Below are positions 36,384 to 45,484 of a stretch of 54,113 nt of DNA, piece by piece; position 1 is the stretch's first letter, and each line of letters opens with the position of its first letter. Below the pieces are notes generated by a model, which saw nothing but the letters and a program-made list of their open reading frames with translations, was not told the DNA's origin and searched no databases. The DNA is from a virus (lineage: Duplodnaviria; Caudoviricetes). The translations under genes were made by a program, and so were the position numbers. Where the stretch lies: IMG/VR virus record IMGVR_UViG_3300027797_000037, positions 1-54,113 of that record; one strand, written 5' to 3'.

Positions 36384-36611
36384 TTAAGGGGCGGACTCTT
36401 CGGTTGAGTGAACAAACTGGCCATCTACATAGCCATCGTTTAGGTGCACCTGGATCTCTTGTCCTTCTTCTGGGGTTACATCCACTACTACAGGATTACT
36501 AAGCCAAATTGCAGCAAAGCGTTCATCAGTATGGATAATGTCAACTACTTTTTCATCCAAAATAAAAGCCAGTTTAATAGGTGGCATTTCTTGTGGTGGG
36601 GTTGGGGTCAT
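36384..36611 (-). CDS. Small acidic protein, possible fibre assembly chaperone
   Basis: LAFILDEKVVDIIHTDERFAAIWLSNP; GGAGG RBS. Confidence 0.65.
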   Translation of the reverse strand: MTPTPPQEMPPIKLAFILDEKVVDIIHTDERFAAIWLSNPVVVDVTPEEGQEIQVHLNDGYVDGQFVHSTEESAP

Positions 36612-36856
36612 TTTGTTTCCTCCTTATATGAGACTTTCACGATGCCCCATTTGCCGAGTGGACAAGAGGCGTTAGGTAGTTTTGTTTTGGCTGTCATTAA
36701 ACATCCGCATTCTTTACATTGGTTAATTGTCTGAATCAACTCAGGGCATTGTTTACAGACACTCATTCTTTCTTCTGCTACTTCTGTTTCAACTCTTCCT
36801 AAATTTTTGTTAAAAAAATCCCAAGGACGGGCTGGCCTATCATATGGACTAGACAT
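36608..36856 (-). CDS. Small Cys-cluster protein (DUF6171-like)
   Basis: R..VCKQC..QCKECGC.M.AK..L..ASCPLGKW. Confidence 0.75.
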   Translation of the reverse strand: MSSPYDRPARPWDFFNKNLGRVETEVAEERMSVCKQCPELIQTINQCKECGCLMTAKTKLPNASCPLGKWGIVKVSYKEETK

Positions 36857-36864
36857 TGGTTCTC

Positions 36865-37878
36865 CTATGTTGTAGCGTTGAAGTTATCAAGGGTTGATCC
36901 TTGATTACCAGTTGTCGGAGCCTTAATAATACCAATACTTGTACCCCTTACTGGTGAAGCAGGTGTGCTTGTTATGGTGCTTCCTAATTGCGTTGTTTGC
37001 CCAGCATTTGAGTACCCTTTAACGGTAATAGTTGTACCACTTGTATTGACCTGCATAGAGGCGATATTGGGGTAACTACTTGTACTGGTAGCCAATGTAG
37101 TTGTTGAATTTGTCGACACAGTTCCTGATACAGAACTAATAATACGAGCAGCAGAGGTATAGGTGGTTGTTGTTTCATTAGTAGCAGAAGAACGTGTGTA
37201 AGTTGTCACAGTTGTATTTTGAGTACGTGTGTATTCAGTATATCCTGCAAAAAAACAACAATAACGTCCTGGTGTTGAGGAGCAACTACCAGGTGTTCCT
37301 AGAGTACCGCAGAAAGAACAAGCAACGCTTGTGGCGTTAGTTAAATCTGAACAAGGCGTGTCGTTTTCTGCATAAAAACTAGAGTAAACTATAGAAGACA
37401 CACTTACTGTTCCGCAACCTCCAGGGCTGCATGTGTTTGTGGTGTCTGAACAAGAAACCGTGGGACCTGTACAACTTGATCCAGTTGATTCTGAAATTGC
37501 TCCACAACTATTAGCAGGAGTACAACCTGCTGAGTAACAATATGCTGTAGCACCAGTGCAATCGGTACTGCTAGAAGACGAATAGTGAGGAAACGCTCCC
37601 CACCAAGACCCAGAGTCTGTAATCCAAAACGATGGTCCACAGCCTCCAGTAGTATCAACATCAATAGTGACACTTTCATTTAAAGAAATAGAAGCAATAG
37701 CGTAATCGGTTGCAGTGTTGTTGCTTTGCGCTGCAGACCCATTAGCAAACCATGTTCCACGAAGAGCAGTCCACACTTGCCCTGTATTGGCAGTTCCCAA
37801 TGATCCAGAAACCGTGCGAGTGAAAGTATCGGTAATCTTCTTGAGAACACCAGATGCAATAATGCCCAGTATCCTCAT
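36865..37878 (-). CDS. Ser/Thr-rich fibre-tip protein with Cys-rich insertion
   Basis: DTFTR..LG..GQVW...DNF beta-sandwich frame interrupted by a 14-Cys segment. Confidence 0.7.
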   Translation of the reverse strand: MRILGIIASGVLKKITDTFTRTVSGSLGTANTGQVWTALRGTWFANGSAAQSNNTATDYAIASISLNESVTIDVDTTGGCGPSFWITDSGSWWGAFPHYSSSSSTDCTGATAYCYSAGCTPANSCGAISESTGSSCTGPTVSCSDTTNTCSPGGCGTVSVSSIVYSSFYAENDTPCSDLTNATSVACSFCGTLGTPGSCSSTPGRYCCFFAGYTEYTRTQNTTVTTYTRSSATNETTTTYTSAARIISSVSGTVSTNSTTTLATSTSSYPNIASMQVNTSGTTITVKGYSNAGQTTQLGSTITSTPASPVRGTSIGIIKAPTTGNQGSTLDNFNATT

Positions 37879-37879
37879 G

Positions 37880-38245
37880 TTAAGCGCTCAAATCGCCAAA
37901 AGCCACCCATACGTCGGTGTCAAGTTTTACAAGCGTTGCTGATGACCAGGTTGTACGAAGTTTTAATCCTGAAGAAGTATTGACAGTAACTCCTGCAGTT
38001 GGGGTAAAAGTAATCTGCCCTGACCCTGATTGGGTGACGTTTAGTTGTGAACCAATCGGAAATGGCACAGTGGCATTAAGGGGAATAGTAAAAGTTCCCG
38101 CAGTGCTTCCATTGCTAAGACGAAGAAACTTGTCTACATCGGCAAGAACAGCAGTGTAATTATTGCTGGAAAAAGTAGGTGCAGCAGGTACGTTAAGTGG
38201 CGGGATTCCTACGTACCCAGTATCGCCGTTGGTACGAATCGCCAT
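37880..38245 (-). CDS. Small tail-fibre-associated structural protein
   Basis: FPIGSQ..V.QSGSGQ..WVAFGDLSA; paralog of 20879..21268. Confidence 0.7.
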   Translation of the reverse strand: MAIRTNGDTGYVGIPPLNVPAAPTFSSNNYTAVLADVDKFLRLSNGSTAGTFTIPLNATVPFPIGSQLNVTQSGSGQITFTPTAGVTVNTSSGLKLRTTWSSATLVKLDTDVWVAFGDLSA

Positions 38246-38248
38246 CTG

Positions 38249-38581
38249 TTACTGCTCGCTTCCGTAAGCCTGAAATCCTACTGAGGTAGATGACGCAGAG
38301 ACACGGATAAACTTGCTTGCTTGAAGAGTCAGGCCCAAAGTGTATGTTGTTGTTGTATTAGGCTGGATTAAAACACTTGCTGCCAGAAGAGTTGCGTCAG
38401 GCACTGTTGGGCTTGTTTCTGAACCAGCAATTGCAATACTGTAAGTAGCAGGGGTTGTGCCCTGGTTTGAAACAACAAGAGTTGAAACTACAGCACTAAC
38501 AGCCGTAGTGGTGTACAGGGTGCTGTATGCACTTGCTGCTGTTGCTAATGCTTGACCCAAAACTTTATATGCAGTTGCCAT
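38249..38581 (-). CDS. Small virion structural (fibre adaptor) protein
   Basis: MATAYKVLGQ..LYT..VVSTLVVSN..AYGSE; paralog of 47077..47412. Confidence 0.7.
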   Translation of the reverse strand: MATAYKVLGQALATAASAYSTLYTTTAVSAVVSTLVVSNQGTTPATYSIAIAGSETSPTVPDATLLAASVLIQPNTTTTYTLGLTLQASKFIRVSASSTSVGFQAYGSEQ

Positions 38582-38646
38582 GAGACTCCTTAATGGTAAT
38601 TTTTAAATTATCCCTTCATATAAGGGCTTTGTATCGGTAAACCCTT

Positions 38647-39210
38647 TTAACCTATCTTTTCTAAGTTATTGATTACTGACGCTTTGTACAGGGGGGCAAT
38701 ATCCTTAGTTAACAAGTCTTTAAAGATATCTCGTGCCTCATCTTGCCGCCCTACCCACCAGCCGCTTACAGCCTTTTCAAATAGAAGGACGTATTCACCC
38801 AAATAACCAATATCTACAGGAAGAGGGTTAATACGGCTCTTGGAAAAGAACAGTCCAACTTCAGCCGCAGCATAAGATTCTTGCCATTTCTTCGAGCCTT
38901 CGTAATACCTAGACAAGAAGAACCAGCCTTCTGGTCGATTAGGCATGTAAGCAATTGCTTTTAAAATCAAATTCAATACGGTGGCTTCACGATTTTTTTG
39001 ACTTGAAAAACAAGTAGATGACTTTAGAAGAGATGAGTACACGTAGTCAGGATGAGTGGTGTATCCGTACTCCGCTGCTCTAAGGTAGAACGAGACTGCC
39101 GATGCGGTTTGCCCCTCTGCTTCATATGCTTTAGCAATTTCCAAACTTAGTACGGGATTAAAAGGATCTTTAGAGATATCCACGATCAAGGTATTGATTG
39201 TCTCAAACAT
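38647..39210 (-). CDS. TPR-repeat protein
   Basis: A.SFYLRAAE, KAIAYMPNRPEGWFFLSRYY; start trimmed to MFETIN. Confidence 0.8.
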   Translation of the reverse strand: MFETINTLIVDISKDPFNPVLSLEIAKAYEAEGQTASAVSFYLRAAEYGYTTHPDYVYSSLLKSSTCFSSQKNREATVLNLILKAIAYMPNRPEGWFFLSRYYEGSKKWQESYAAAEVGLFFSKSRINPLPVDIGYLGEYVLLFEKAVSGWWVGRQDEARDIFKDLLTKDIAPLYKASVINNLEKIG

Positions 39211-40207
39211 TAGTGCCCATCGCTTCCTGGATAAGTTCATCTACAATTTCTTTTGGAACCTCTAATGCAAAGGCTGCATTGTCTTGGAACCCAAACCCAA
39301 GAATTAAGTTGTCATTTACAACTGCCGCTCCAGCACAAAATTCAATCTGTCCATCTAGGAAAGACCAGTTAGTCGGTGAGATTCCAACTAACTTAAAGTT
39401 GTCATCCCATACACATAGTCGATGACGATAAGTTCCGTCCTTTTGTCCTAGATAGTTCTTGAAGAGAACAACTTCATGAGTGATTGCAATGTAGTGTAAT
39501 CCCCATCGTATTACCTGTGATCCACCACGTTGGTCTTCATCGGCTTTCTCTCCCTGTATGACAGAAAGTTGAAGGCTGTTACCATTTACAGGATCTGCTT
39601 TTACAAGTTCTGTGGGAGCGGTCCACTTAACATACTGAAATGGTCGGTCTAAAACAGGCATCCAGTTTTTCTCGCAGTAAGAGTCTTTGTTTATTGGAGG
39701 ATCTATACGCACACGAGAAACTTCTTTTGCAGTCCATGCATCTTTGTCAATCTCTAACTGAGACAGTTCCATACGACCAACACCATTTGTTGTGGTATCA
39801 CGACGAACTCCTGTGGCGTAGTACTTGCCATACCACTTAACAAGACGCGCATCTTCTTCTCCTACAAAAGTCCAAATAGGTGTTACATCTAAAGTTGTAG
39901 TGTCTATCAATGTGTGGTTAACAATGTTGAGGTCAGAGTCAAGGCGGCATAAAAAGTTTTGTGTTACTAACCGCTGGTCTTGTTCAGGATGAAGATACGA
40001 CAGGGGTCCCCAGATACTAGGAAAACGTTGATTATTTTCAGCGTGATAAAGGGTGTAGTTAATGTGACGCAGTATGCAGAGGATGTCTCCATCATCATCT
40101 AGAAACAATGAGGGGTTCATCAAGCCTGTCCCATTAGTTATTGAAGAAGGGATTATTAAGGGCTTTAGTTTTCCGCCTCTAGAAGTTACCTTTTGCACCA
40201 AGTTCAT
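39203..40207 (-). CDS. Five-bladed beta-propeller glycoside hydrolase/phosphorylase (GH130-like)
   Basis: MNPS, EDARL, EKNWMP, RGGS, IEFCAG, GFQD. Confidence 0.75.
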   Translation of the reverse strand: MNLVQKVTSRGGKLKPLIIPSSITNGTGLMNPSLFLDDDGDILCILRHINYTLYHAENNQRFPSIWGPLSYLHPEQDQRLVTQNFLCRLDSDLNIVNHTLIDTTTLDVTPIWTFVGEEDARLVKWYGKYYATGVRRDTTTNGVGRMELSQLEIDKDAWTAKEVSRVRIDPPINKDSYCEKNWMPVLDRPFQYVKWTAPTELVKADPVNGNSLQLSVIQGEKADEDQRGGSQVIRWGLHYIAITHEVVLFKNYLGQKDGTYRHRLCVWDDNFKLVGISPTNWSFLDGQIEFCAGAAVVNDNLILGFGFQDNAAFALEVPKEIVDELIQEAMGTNV

Positions 40208-41018
40208 GTTTTAAACCTTCTACTTCAGATTGGACAATGTTATTAAACGGTTGAATGGGAACCCATCCTATTGTGCTTACTTCTTTTACAGTGGGGTAAA
40301 CGGTAGTGTCTTTTGTGTCTCCATACAGTACCAGAACGTCTACACCGTTAGCAGCGTACTGCTCAAGTATTTGCGGAACAGTATGCTGTGTTCCACTGTA
40401 GACATCTGTAAGGATTGAAGTCCCACCCTTGAGCAGGTATGAAACCGCACAAAGATTTGCCTTAGCAATGTCTTCTACATGCGTGTAGTCACGGGTAGAG
40501 GTAGGGTCATTAACAGTGAAAGTCTTCTTCCCTGTAACGGCTCGGTTGATAACTCCAAAGATGTTTACTGATCTCAAGTCAATAGAGCCATTGGATTGCC
40601 CTCCGATGTTGAAGTATCGAAGGATAACGTTCTTGGGAACTCTTTTAATAATCTGTTCTTCTATCTTCTTGGCTTTAGCGTATGGGTTAGTTGGCTCATA
40701 AACAGATGCTGAAGAAGAAAACACAATGGGCGTTTTAAATGCCCACGATAAGAAAGCCACAACCAAGGTAGAAAGGACATTGTTGTAGTAGTAAGAGACA
40801 GGGTGCTTTAGGGATTCACCGATACTCTTCTTAGCAGACAGGTGAACCACTGCCACAGGACGATACTTAGCGTAGGTCTTTGACATGGCTAAGAGATCCT
40901 TAGTGTCATTCCCAGACACCTGGTCAACAATGACACAGGTAAACCCCTGGCTTTCTAGCAGGGCTACAGTAGATCTCCCAATGTAACCGAGGCCTCCAGT
41001 AACAAGAATATTAGGCAT
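40179..41018 (-). CDS. galE: NAD-dependent NDP-sugar 4-epimerase (GalE-like)
   Basis: TGGLGYIG, GES..YY.NNV, FSSSASVY, YxxxK, LRYFN, RDYTHVED. Confidence 0.85.
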   Translation of the reverse strand: MPNILVTGGLGYIGRSTVALLESQGFTCVIVDQVSGNDTKDLLAMSKTYAKYRPVAVVHLSAKKSIGESLKHPVSYYYNNVLSTLVVAFLSWAFKTPIVFSSSASVYEPTNPYAKAKKIEEQIIKRVPKNVILRYFNIGGQSNGSIDLRSVNIFGVINRAVTGKKTFTVNDPTSTRDYTHVEDIAKANLCAVSYLLKGGTSILTDVYSGTQHTVPQILEQYAANGVDVLVLYGDTKDTTVYPTVKEVSTIGWVPIQPFNNIVQSEVEGLKHELGAKGNF

Positions 41019-41071
41019 ACCATTAGCCTAACAAACTTTTAATAATCTACAGCCTAGTGTAAGATGTTTTT
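41019..41071. promoter_or_regulatory. Divergent pair of leaderless promoters
   Basis: Minus TAGGCT-6 nt-ATG (41030-41016); plus TAAGAT-6 nt-ATG (41060-41074). Confidence 0.65.
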
Positions 41072-41539
41072 ATGACACGTGACTTATTGGCTATTTTAAA
41101 TACTAAGTCTTGTTCAGGGTGCACAAAGTGCTGTGAAGGTTACCTTTCAACAAATATCAAAGGGCATAATGTGTCTTTAGGTAACCCCTGTCCTTTTGTT
41201 ATTAAAGACGTTGGATGCAATGACTATAAAAACCGTCCACTAGAGCCTTGCGTTACATTTGAATGTGAATGGCGTCGTAACCCATATTTTGATGAGTGGT
41301 TAAGCCCCGCCAATTCACAAGCATTGTTTACTAGACAAGTAGTAGAAGGAATTTTTTACGTACTCTTAACAGAAGCAGGAAAACCTTTAGACACAAAAGT
41401 TTTAACTTGGGGAATTGAATACGCACAAACTCACCAAGTAAATCTTTCTTGGAACATAGATGGTCATCAGTCTTGGGTTGGAACACCTGAGTTTTGTAAA
41501 ACTATGGAGGGTAAGTACAAAAACCAACCTGCTTTATAG
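41072..41539 (+). CDS. YkgJ-like CxxCxxCC cysteine-cluster protein
   Basis: CSGCTKCC..CPF..GC..Y.NRP..C..F.C.W; only plus-strand gene. Confidence 0.8.
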   Translation: MTRDLLAILNTKSCSGCTKCCEGYLSTNIKGHNVSLGNPCPFVIKDVGCNDYKNRPLEPCVTFECEWRRNPYFDEWLSPANSQALFTRQVVEGIFYVLLTEAGKPLDTKVLTWGIEYAQTHQVNLSWNIDGHQSWVGTPEFCKTMEGKYKNQPAL

Positions 41540-41540
41540 G

Positions 41541-42146
41541 TTAAATTTTTCCCATAATCTTTGCAATTTGGTGCAATGCCTCTGGTCGAACACCGCTAGG
41601 AAGATCGTTCATCCAACTTACAAGAACAAACTTTTCTCCCTCTGTCACAGGAGTTGCAGAATGTATGTACGCATAGTTTGCTGGAAATATAACAATCGCA
41701 GGTTTTGTTGGTTTTACCAACAAGTCAAAATTCCTAAAATGTGTTCCGCCACCCTCGTACTCATGTGGGTTTAAGTAAACAAGAATAGAGGCTGTTCTGT
41801 AGATGTCCCAGTTAGTATCTACATGGTAATCATACTTCTGAGTTATCCCATAACGAAGCATGTTAAAACCTTCATCTTGTGTTATAGAGATTTCGTTTTT
41901 GCTTGAGTAATGGTTAATTGCAGGTGTGGTGTGTTTTCGAATCTCATCATCCCAAAAAGGAAATACCTCTGGAAAACGTAACCCTCTACTGGTACGAATT
42001 TCTTGCTCAGGGTGCTCTCCGTGACCTACGTCGCTTTTTTTCCACGGTAATTCAGTACTTTGTCGGCACATGTCTACAATGTTTTTGGCTAAAATTTCTG
42101 GCAAATCGTATTGATATACTCCAATACCAAGTTCCGTATGCTCCAT
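41541..42146 (-). CDS. 2OG-Fe(II) oxygenase, prolyl 4-hydroxylase-like
   Basis: YHVD, SILVYLN, YEGGGTHF, IFPANYAYIH, PV..G.K..LVSW. Confidence 0.9.
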   Translation of the reverse strand: MEHTELGIGVYQYDLPEILAKNIVDMCRQSTELPWKKSDVGHGEHPEQEIRTSRGLRFPEVFPFWDDEIRKHTTPAINHYSSKNEISITQDEGFNMLRYGITQKYDYHVDTNWDIYRTASILVYLNPHEYEGGGTHFRNFDLLVKPTKPAIVIFPANYAYIHSATPVTEGEKFVLVSWMNDLPSGVRPEALHQIAKIMGKI

Positions 42147-42863
42147 TTACTGTACCTTTCGTTTAAATAGTTTTCTAGTCCAAAGTTTTTTTTGGTAATA
42201 CCTATCTATGCTTTGTATGTTTTCTTGGGTAATCTGATCTAACTTTGAGTCTATCTTATTGTACCCTATTTCCCAAGCACTTCTAACAAAAGGAATGATT
42301 TGTGCTAAAGGAGTTCCCGCAGCAATCTTTACCTCTCTGGTGTACTCAAAAGGCTTAATTGTAAACAGCACATTTAAAGGTGTGTAGAACTTGTCTGTGT
42401 CAATTATTCCTGGCATAACCTCTGTCTTTAGGTCAGGCCTGTACGGAGGCTGGATCATCATGATGCTTGTATTTTTTGAGGTCTTTACTTTGTAAGGAAG
42501 AACAACTTTTTCTACACCAAACTTCTGCATAGAAACGGCTGCGTCTGGGTACATACCTAGTTGCACTTGAGGATGAGAACTAAATAACCCCTCTCGGTTA
42601 TCGTCTCGTGTTCTTTTAACAAAGAGTTTGTTGTTCTCATCTCTAGTGATTGTTACATCAAAAGGCCAAACAACCATATAGCCAGAAGTCATAATGTCAT
42701 ATAAACCACGACAAGTTTTAGCGGTCTTCATTGTGTCGTTAGTCGTTAACCCTTTAAACCATTCAGGAAGATGTTCTTCTGCTGGAGTTGGTTTATACTC
42801 GTTTATGTGGTGCTCTGGTCCCAGGTCATGGCTGGGAGAGTCTATGTTAATTGTAAATTTCAT
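42147..42863 (-). CDS. DUF6065-like protein (dUTPase-like beta fold), paralog 2
   Basis: LPEWFK, TAKTC, D.MTSGY, PGIIDTD, GTPLAQIIPF.R. Confidence 0.65.
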   Translation of the reverse strand: MKFTINIDSPSHDLGPEHHINEYKPTPAEEHLPEWFKGLTTNDTMKTAKTCRGLYDIMTSGYMVVWPFDVTITRDENNKLFVKRTRDDNREGLFSSHPQVQLGMYPDAAVSMQKFGVEKVVLPYKVKTSKNTSIMMIQPPYRPDLKTEVMPGIIDTDKFYTPLNVLFTIKPFEYTREVKIAAGTPLAQIIPFVRSAWEIGYNKIDSKLDQITQENIQSIDRYYQKKLWTRKLFKRKVQ

Positions 42864-43582
42864 TTAAACACCTTCTTATTCCAAAAAGTTTTCTTGTATC
42901 GATTTTCAAATAAAACAGAGTGAGCCTCTAAGTTTTTTGTTTTTTGTCCTGATTCAAGAGAAGAGTACTCTGCCGTCCACTCAGCCCGCTTAAATGGGAT
43001 GATCTGAGCCACAGGAGTTCCCGCAGGGATAACGCCTTCAAATCCTGCTTGAAGTAAAAAAGGAAACTGTACAGACAATTTAAAGTGATCGGCGTCTACA
43101 ATCCCAGGAAGAATAGAAAAAGGCAAATCATCTCTATGCATTGGCTGTGTAAATAGAACGCTCCAACCATCTGGAACTTTTACAATCCATGGGTTAAACC
43201 ACTTAAGAAACTCTGGCCCATATCCTTTAGGGATATTGAGGGTCGAAGCCTGTTCGTGAGTATGAGATGTGACCATTTTAGTTTGAATTGGCCAAGTAAA
43301 TGAAGGAGCCCCCTGAGCATCACGAGACACAAATACATCACAAGGTAGAGTAATAATGTACCCCGCTGTCATAGCATCAAATACAGGCATGCATTTTTTT
43401 ACAGTTTGATTGGCTCCACTCTCTTGGTAGATTCTTTGATTGTTTACGTGTGTCGGTAGTTTTTTGTACCAATCAGGTATGTGTTTACTGGCGGGTGATG
43501 GTTGTGGAAAATAATCTAAGTCTTTTTCCTCACAGATAAACTGTATGACTTGATTAGTTTCTTCCTTCGTTTTGTTTAACAT
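42860..43582 (-). CDS. DUF6065-like protein (dUTPase-like beta fold), paralog 1
   Basis: IPDWYK, TVKKCMP..DAMTAGY, PGIVDAD, GTPVAQIIPFKR; start trimmed. Confidence 0.65.
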   Translation of the reverse strand: MLNKTKEETNQVIQFICEEKDLDYFPQPSPASKHIPDWYKKLPTHVNNQRIYQESGANQTVKKCMPVFDAMTAGYIITLPCDVFVSRDAQGAPSFTWPIQTKMVTSHTHEQASTLNIPKGYGPEFLKWFNPWIVKVPDGWSVLFTQPMHRDDLPFSILPGIVDADHFKLSVQFPFLLQAGFEGVIPAGTPVAQIIPFKRAEWTAEYSSLESGQKTKNLEAHSVLFENRYKKTFWNKKVFK

Positions 43583-44786
43583 CTTCAAACCAGTCATAAT
43601 CCGCATCGTACATCCAATCAATATAGTCGTTAATTGAATACGTATAAATTTCAGTTGAAAAATTTATAGCCTCAGTAATCTTATTGTGCAGCATTTTGTC
43701 TACAGGTGCAAGTAATTGCCTATTGTCGTAGTCAACACCAGCAAACTGTTCGTAGTCAGTAAATGATCTTGGTGTTTTCTTTAACTTTTTTAACTCCTCA
43801 AAAATCTTTAAACTACCTTTTTCTTTGTTTCTATAACCGTGAGTTGCATACGTTTCAGGAAAGTCGTCAATTGGGTGGTTTCTACTTTGTATAAGAACTT
43901 GTTTATTTGCCTCACTGTAGTAATGCATAACACCCGTTACACGAGGAACATAGAAGTTGTACCCTTTCATATAAGCCAAAATTGAATAGTACTGCTCTTC
44001 TTCAAGGAACCTAATGTCACGATTTGCAGGCACTTCACTAACAAAAGACCCTGCTGTAAAAATTTGTGCAGGAGATACCGCACATGCAAAAGCAATAGTC
44101 TCAAATAAAGTAAAGTGACGATCTCCGTGTCGTGGAAAACCTATCTCTTTAAAAAATTGTGCAGGACCTAAACCTATACGAAAACAAGGGACATTGTTAT
44201 GCCCCCTACGCTGTCTAAAGTAAACTTCTTTAGACATCGGGTTGTAGTAAGGGTAAGCGCCATCAACACTAGGAAAAATATCTGGAGCATAGGCTCGTGG
44301 ATAACCTGTTATAAGAGGCTTTGGCTCTCCTAAAGCAACGAGGTTTTGATAATGGTGAATAAGTAAATCATCCCAATGCATGTCAAAACGCATATGAGCA
44401 TCAATTTGTAAAAAGTAATCTTCGTTGTTAAACATAAGCAGTGCGTCTGCACGCTGATTTCCAAGCCCTACATTTTTTGGTAGCGCTTCTTTAGCAAGAA
44501 TCTTTACGTTTTTGTACTTCTTTTGGATAGCAGTCCAATAATCTACATCTTCTTTTTTGTAAACAAGACCAACGCCGATAAAAACACGCTCAGGATTTTT
44601 AGCGTTTAAATACACGCTATCAATAGTTGCTACAAGTTCTTCGTCTCTATAACAAGGTATAGCAATAAAAATTGTTTTAGAATCACGATCTTCAGACTTT
44701 GTATCAAAAAGTGATTTGTAACGATACTCATTTTCTAGTTCATTTAAGATTACTCTATCAGCATTTTTCATCACATGATAAGCCAT
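43554..44786 (-). CDS. GT60-like GlcNAc-transferase (Skp1 hydroxyproline GlcNAcT family)
   Basis: IFIAIPCYRDEEL..T...A.NPERVFIG, YFLQIDAHMRF..WD..LI, F.EEE, HYY, RS..DY..FAG. Confidence 0.82.
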   Translation of the reverse strand: MAYHVMKNADRVILNELENEYRYKSLFDTKSEDRDSKTIFIAIPCYRDEELVATIDSVYLNAKNPERVFIGVGLVYKKEDVDYWTAIQKKYKNVKILAKEALPKNVGLGNQRADALLMFNNEDYFLQIDAHMRFDMHWDDLLIHHYQNLVALGEPKPLITGYPRAYAPDIFPSVDGAYPYYNPMSKEVYFRQRRGHNNVPCFRIGLGPAQFFKEIGFPRHGDRHFTLFETIAFACAVSPAQIFTAGSFVSEVPANRDIRFLEEEQYYSILAYMKGYNFYVPRVTGVMHYYSEANKQVLIQSRNHPIDDFPETYATHGYRNKEKGSLKIFEELKKLKKTPRSFTDYEQFAGVDYDNRQLLAPVDKMLHNKITEAINFSTEIYTYSINDYIDWMYDADYDWFEDVKQNEGRN

Positions 44787-44795
44787 TACTATCTC

Positions 44796-45470
44796 CTATA
44801 CGACGAATTCCTTTGCGGTTCCAGAAGCATACCCAGAAACATCTAAATCAACAGCATTTGTTCGTGTAGCCTGTGAGACATACACGATAACTCCGCCACC
44901 TGTGACATACGAACCACCAGTGTAGCCCGTTGCATAAATCGTACCATAACCCGATACCTTGCGAGCACAGACAACTACAACTCCACCACCATAGTTAGTG
45001 TTATTACCAGCACCGCCACGTAAAAAGAGAGGAGTTGTTTGAGAGGCAGAAAGGATGTATCCAGCAACTGCATGACGTGCTAATGAGAAGTACTCTGCAG
45101 GAGAGGGTGCAGTCGCTGTGTATGAAGCGCTGGCTCCTCCCAGACTTGTGGTAACGGAAGCAAGTCCTCCGCTAGAGACTGTTCCTACTGCAGATGATCC
45201 ATTCTTTAACCCAATACTTGTGGTTGCTTTGTTACCAACAGCAGTAGAAAAAGATAAAGAGTTACGAACAAACACACGGTATCCCGCAGTATTGAGATGG
45301 ATTCCATCTGCAATAGTTAAATTGCTATAATACATGTCACGAGTGAGTGTGGTGTTTGTGCTAATAGTTACATTGCCATCTTTTCCAGAGCCATAGATTT
45401 CATCTGGAACAGCAATAAAACTTGAGGTTGAGGTAGAAGACCCTACACTTGACACGCCGTAGTTACCCAT
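44796..45470 (-). CDS. Gly-rich fibre-tip protein, short paralog
   Basis: YGSGKDGNVTISTNTTLTRDMYYSNLTI..AGYRVFV shared with next gene. Confidence 0.72.
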   Translation of the reverse strand: MGNYGVSSVGSSTSTSSFIAVPDEIYGSGKDGNVTISTNTTLTRDMYYSNLTIADGIHLNTAGYRVFVRNSLSFSTAVGNKATTSIGLKNGSSAVGTVSSGGLASVTTSLGGASASYTATAPSPAEYFSLARHAVAGYILSASQTTPLFLRGGAGNNTNYGGGVVVVCARKVSGYGTIYATGYTGGSYVTGGGVIVYVSQATRTNAVDLDVSGYASGTAKEFVV

Positions 45471-45484
45471 AAGATCCTCGTTTC

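Noticed and set aside
41541-42146. Oxygenase acting on the collagen repeats
   Set aside because: The collagen blocks are almost devoid of Pro; the NPP repeat fibre is the better candidate
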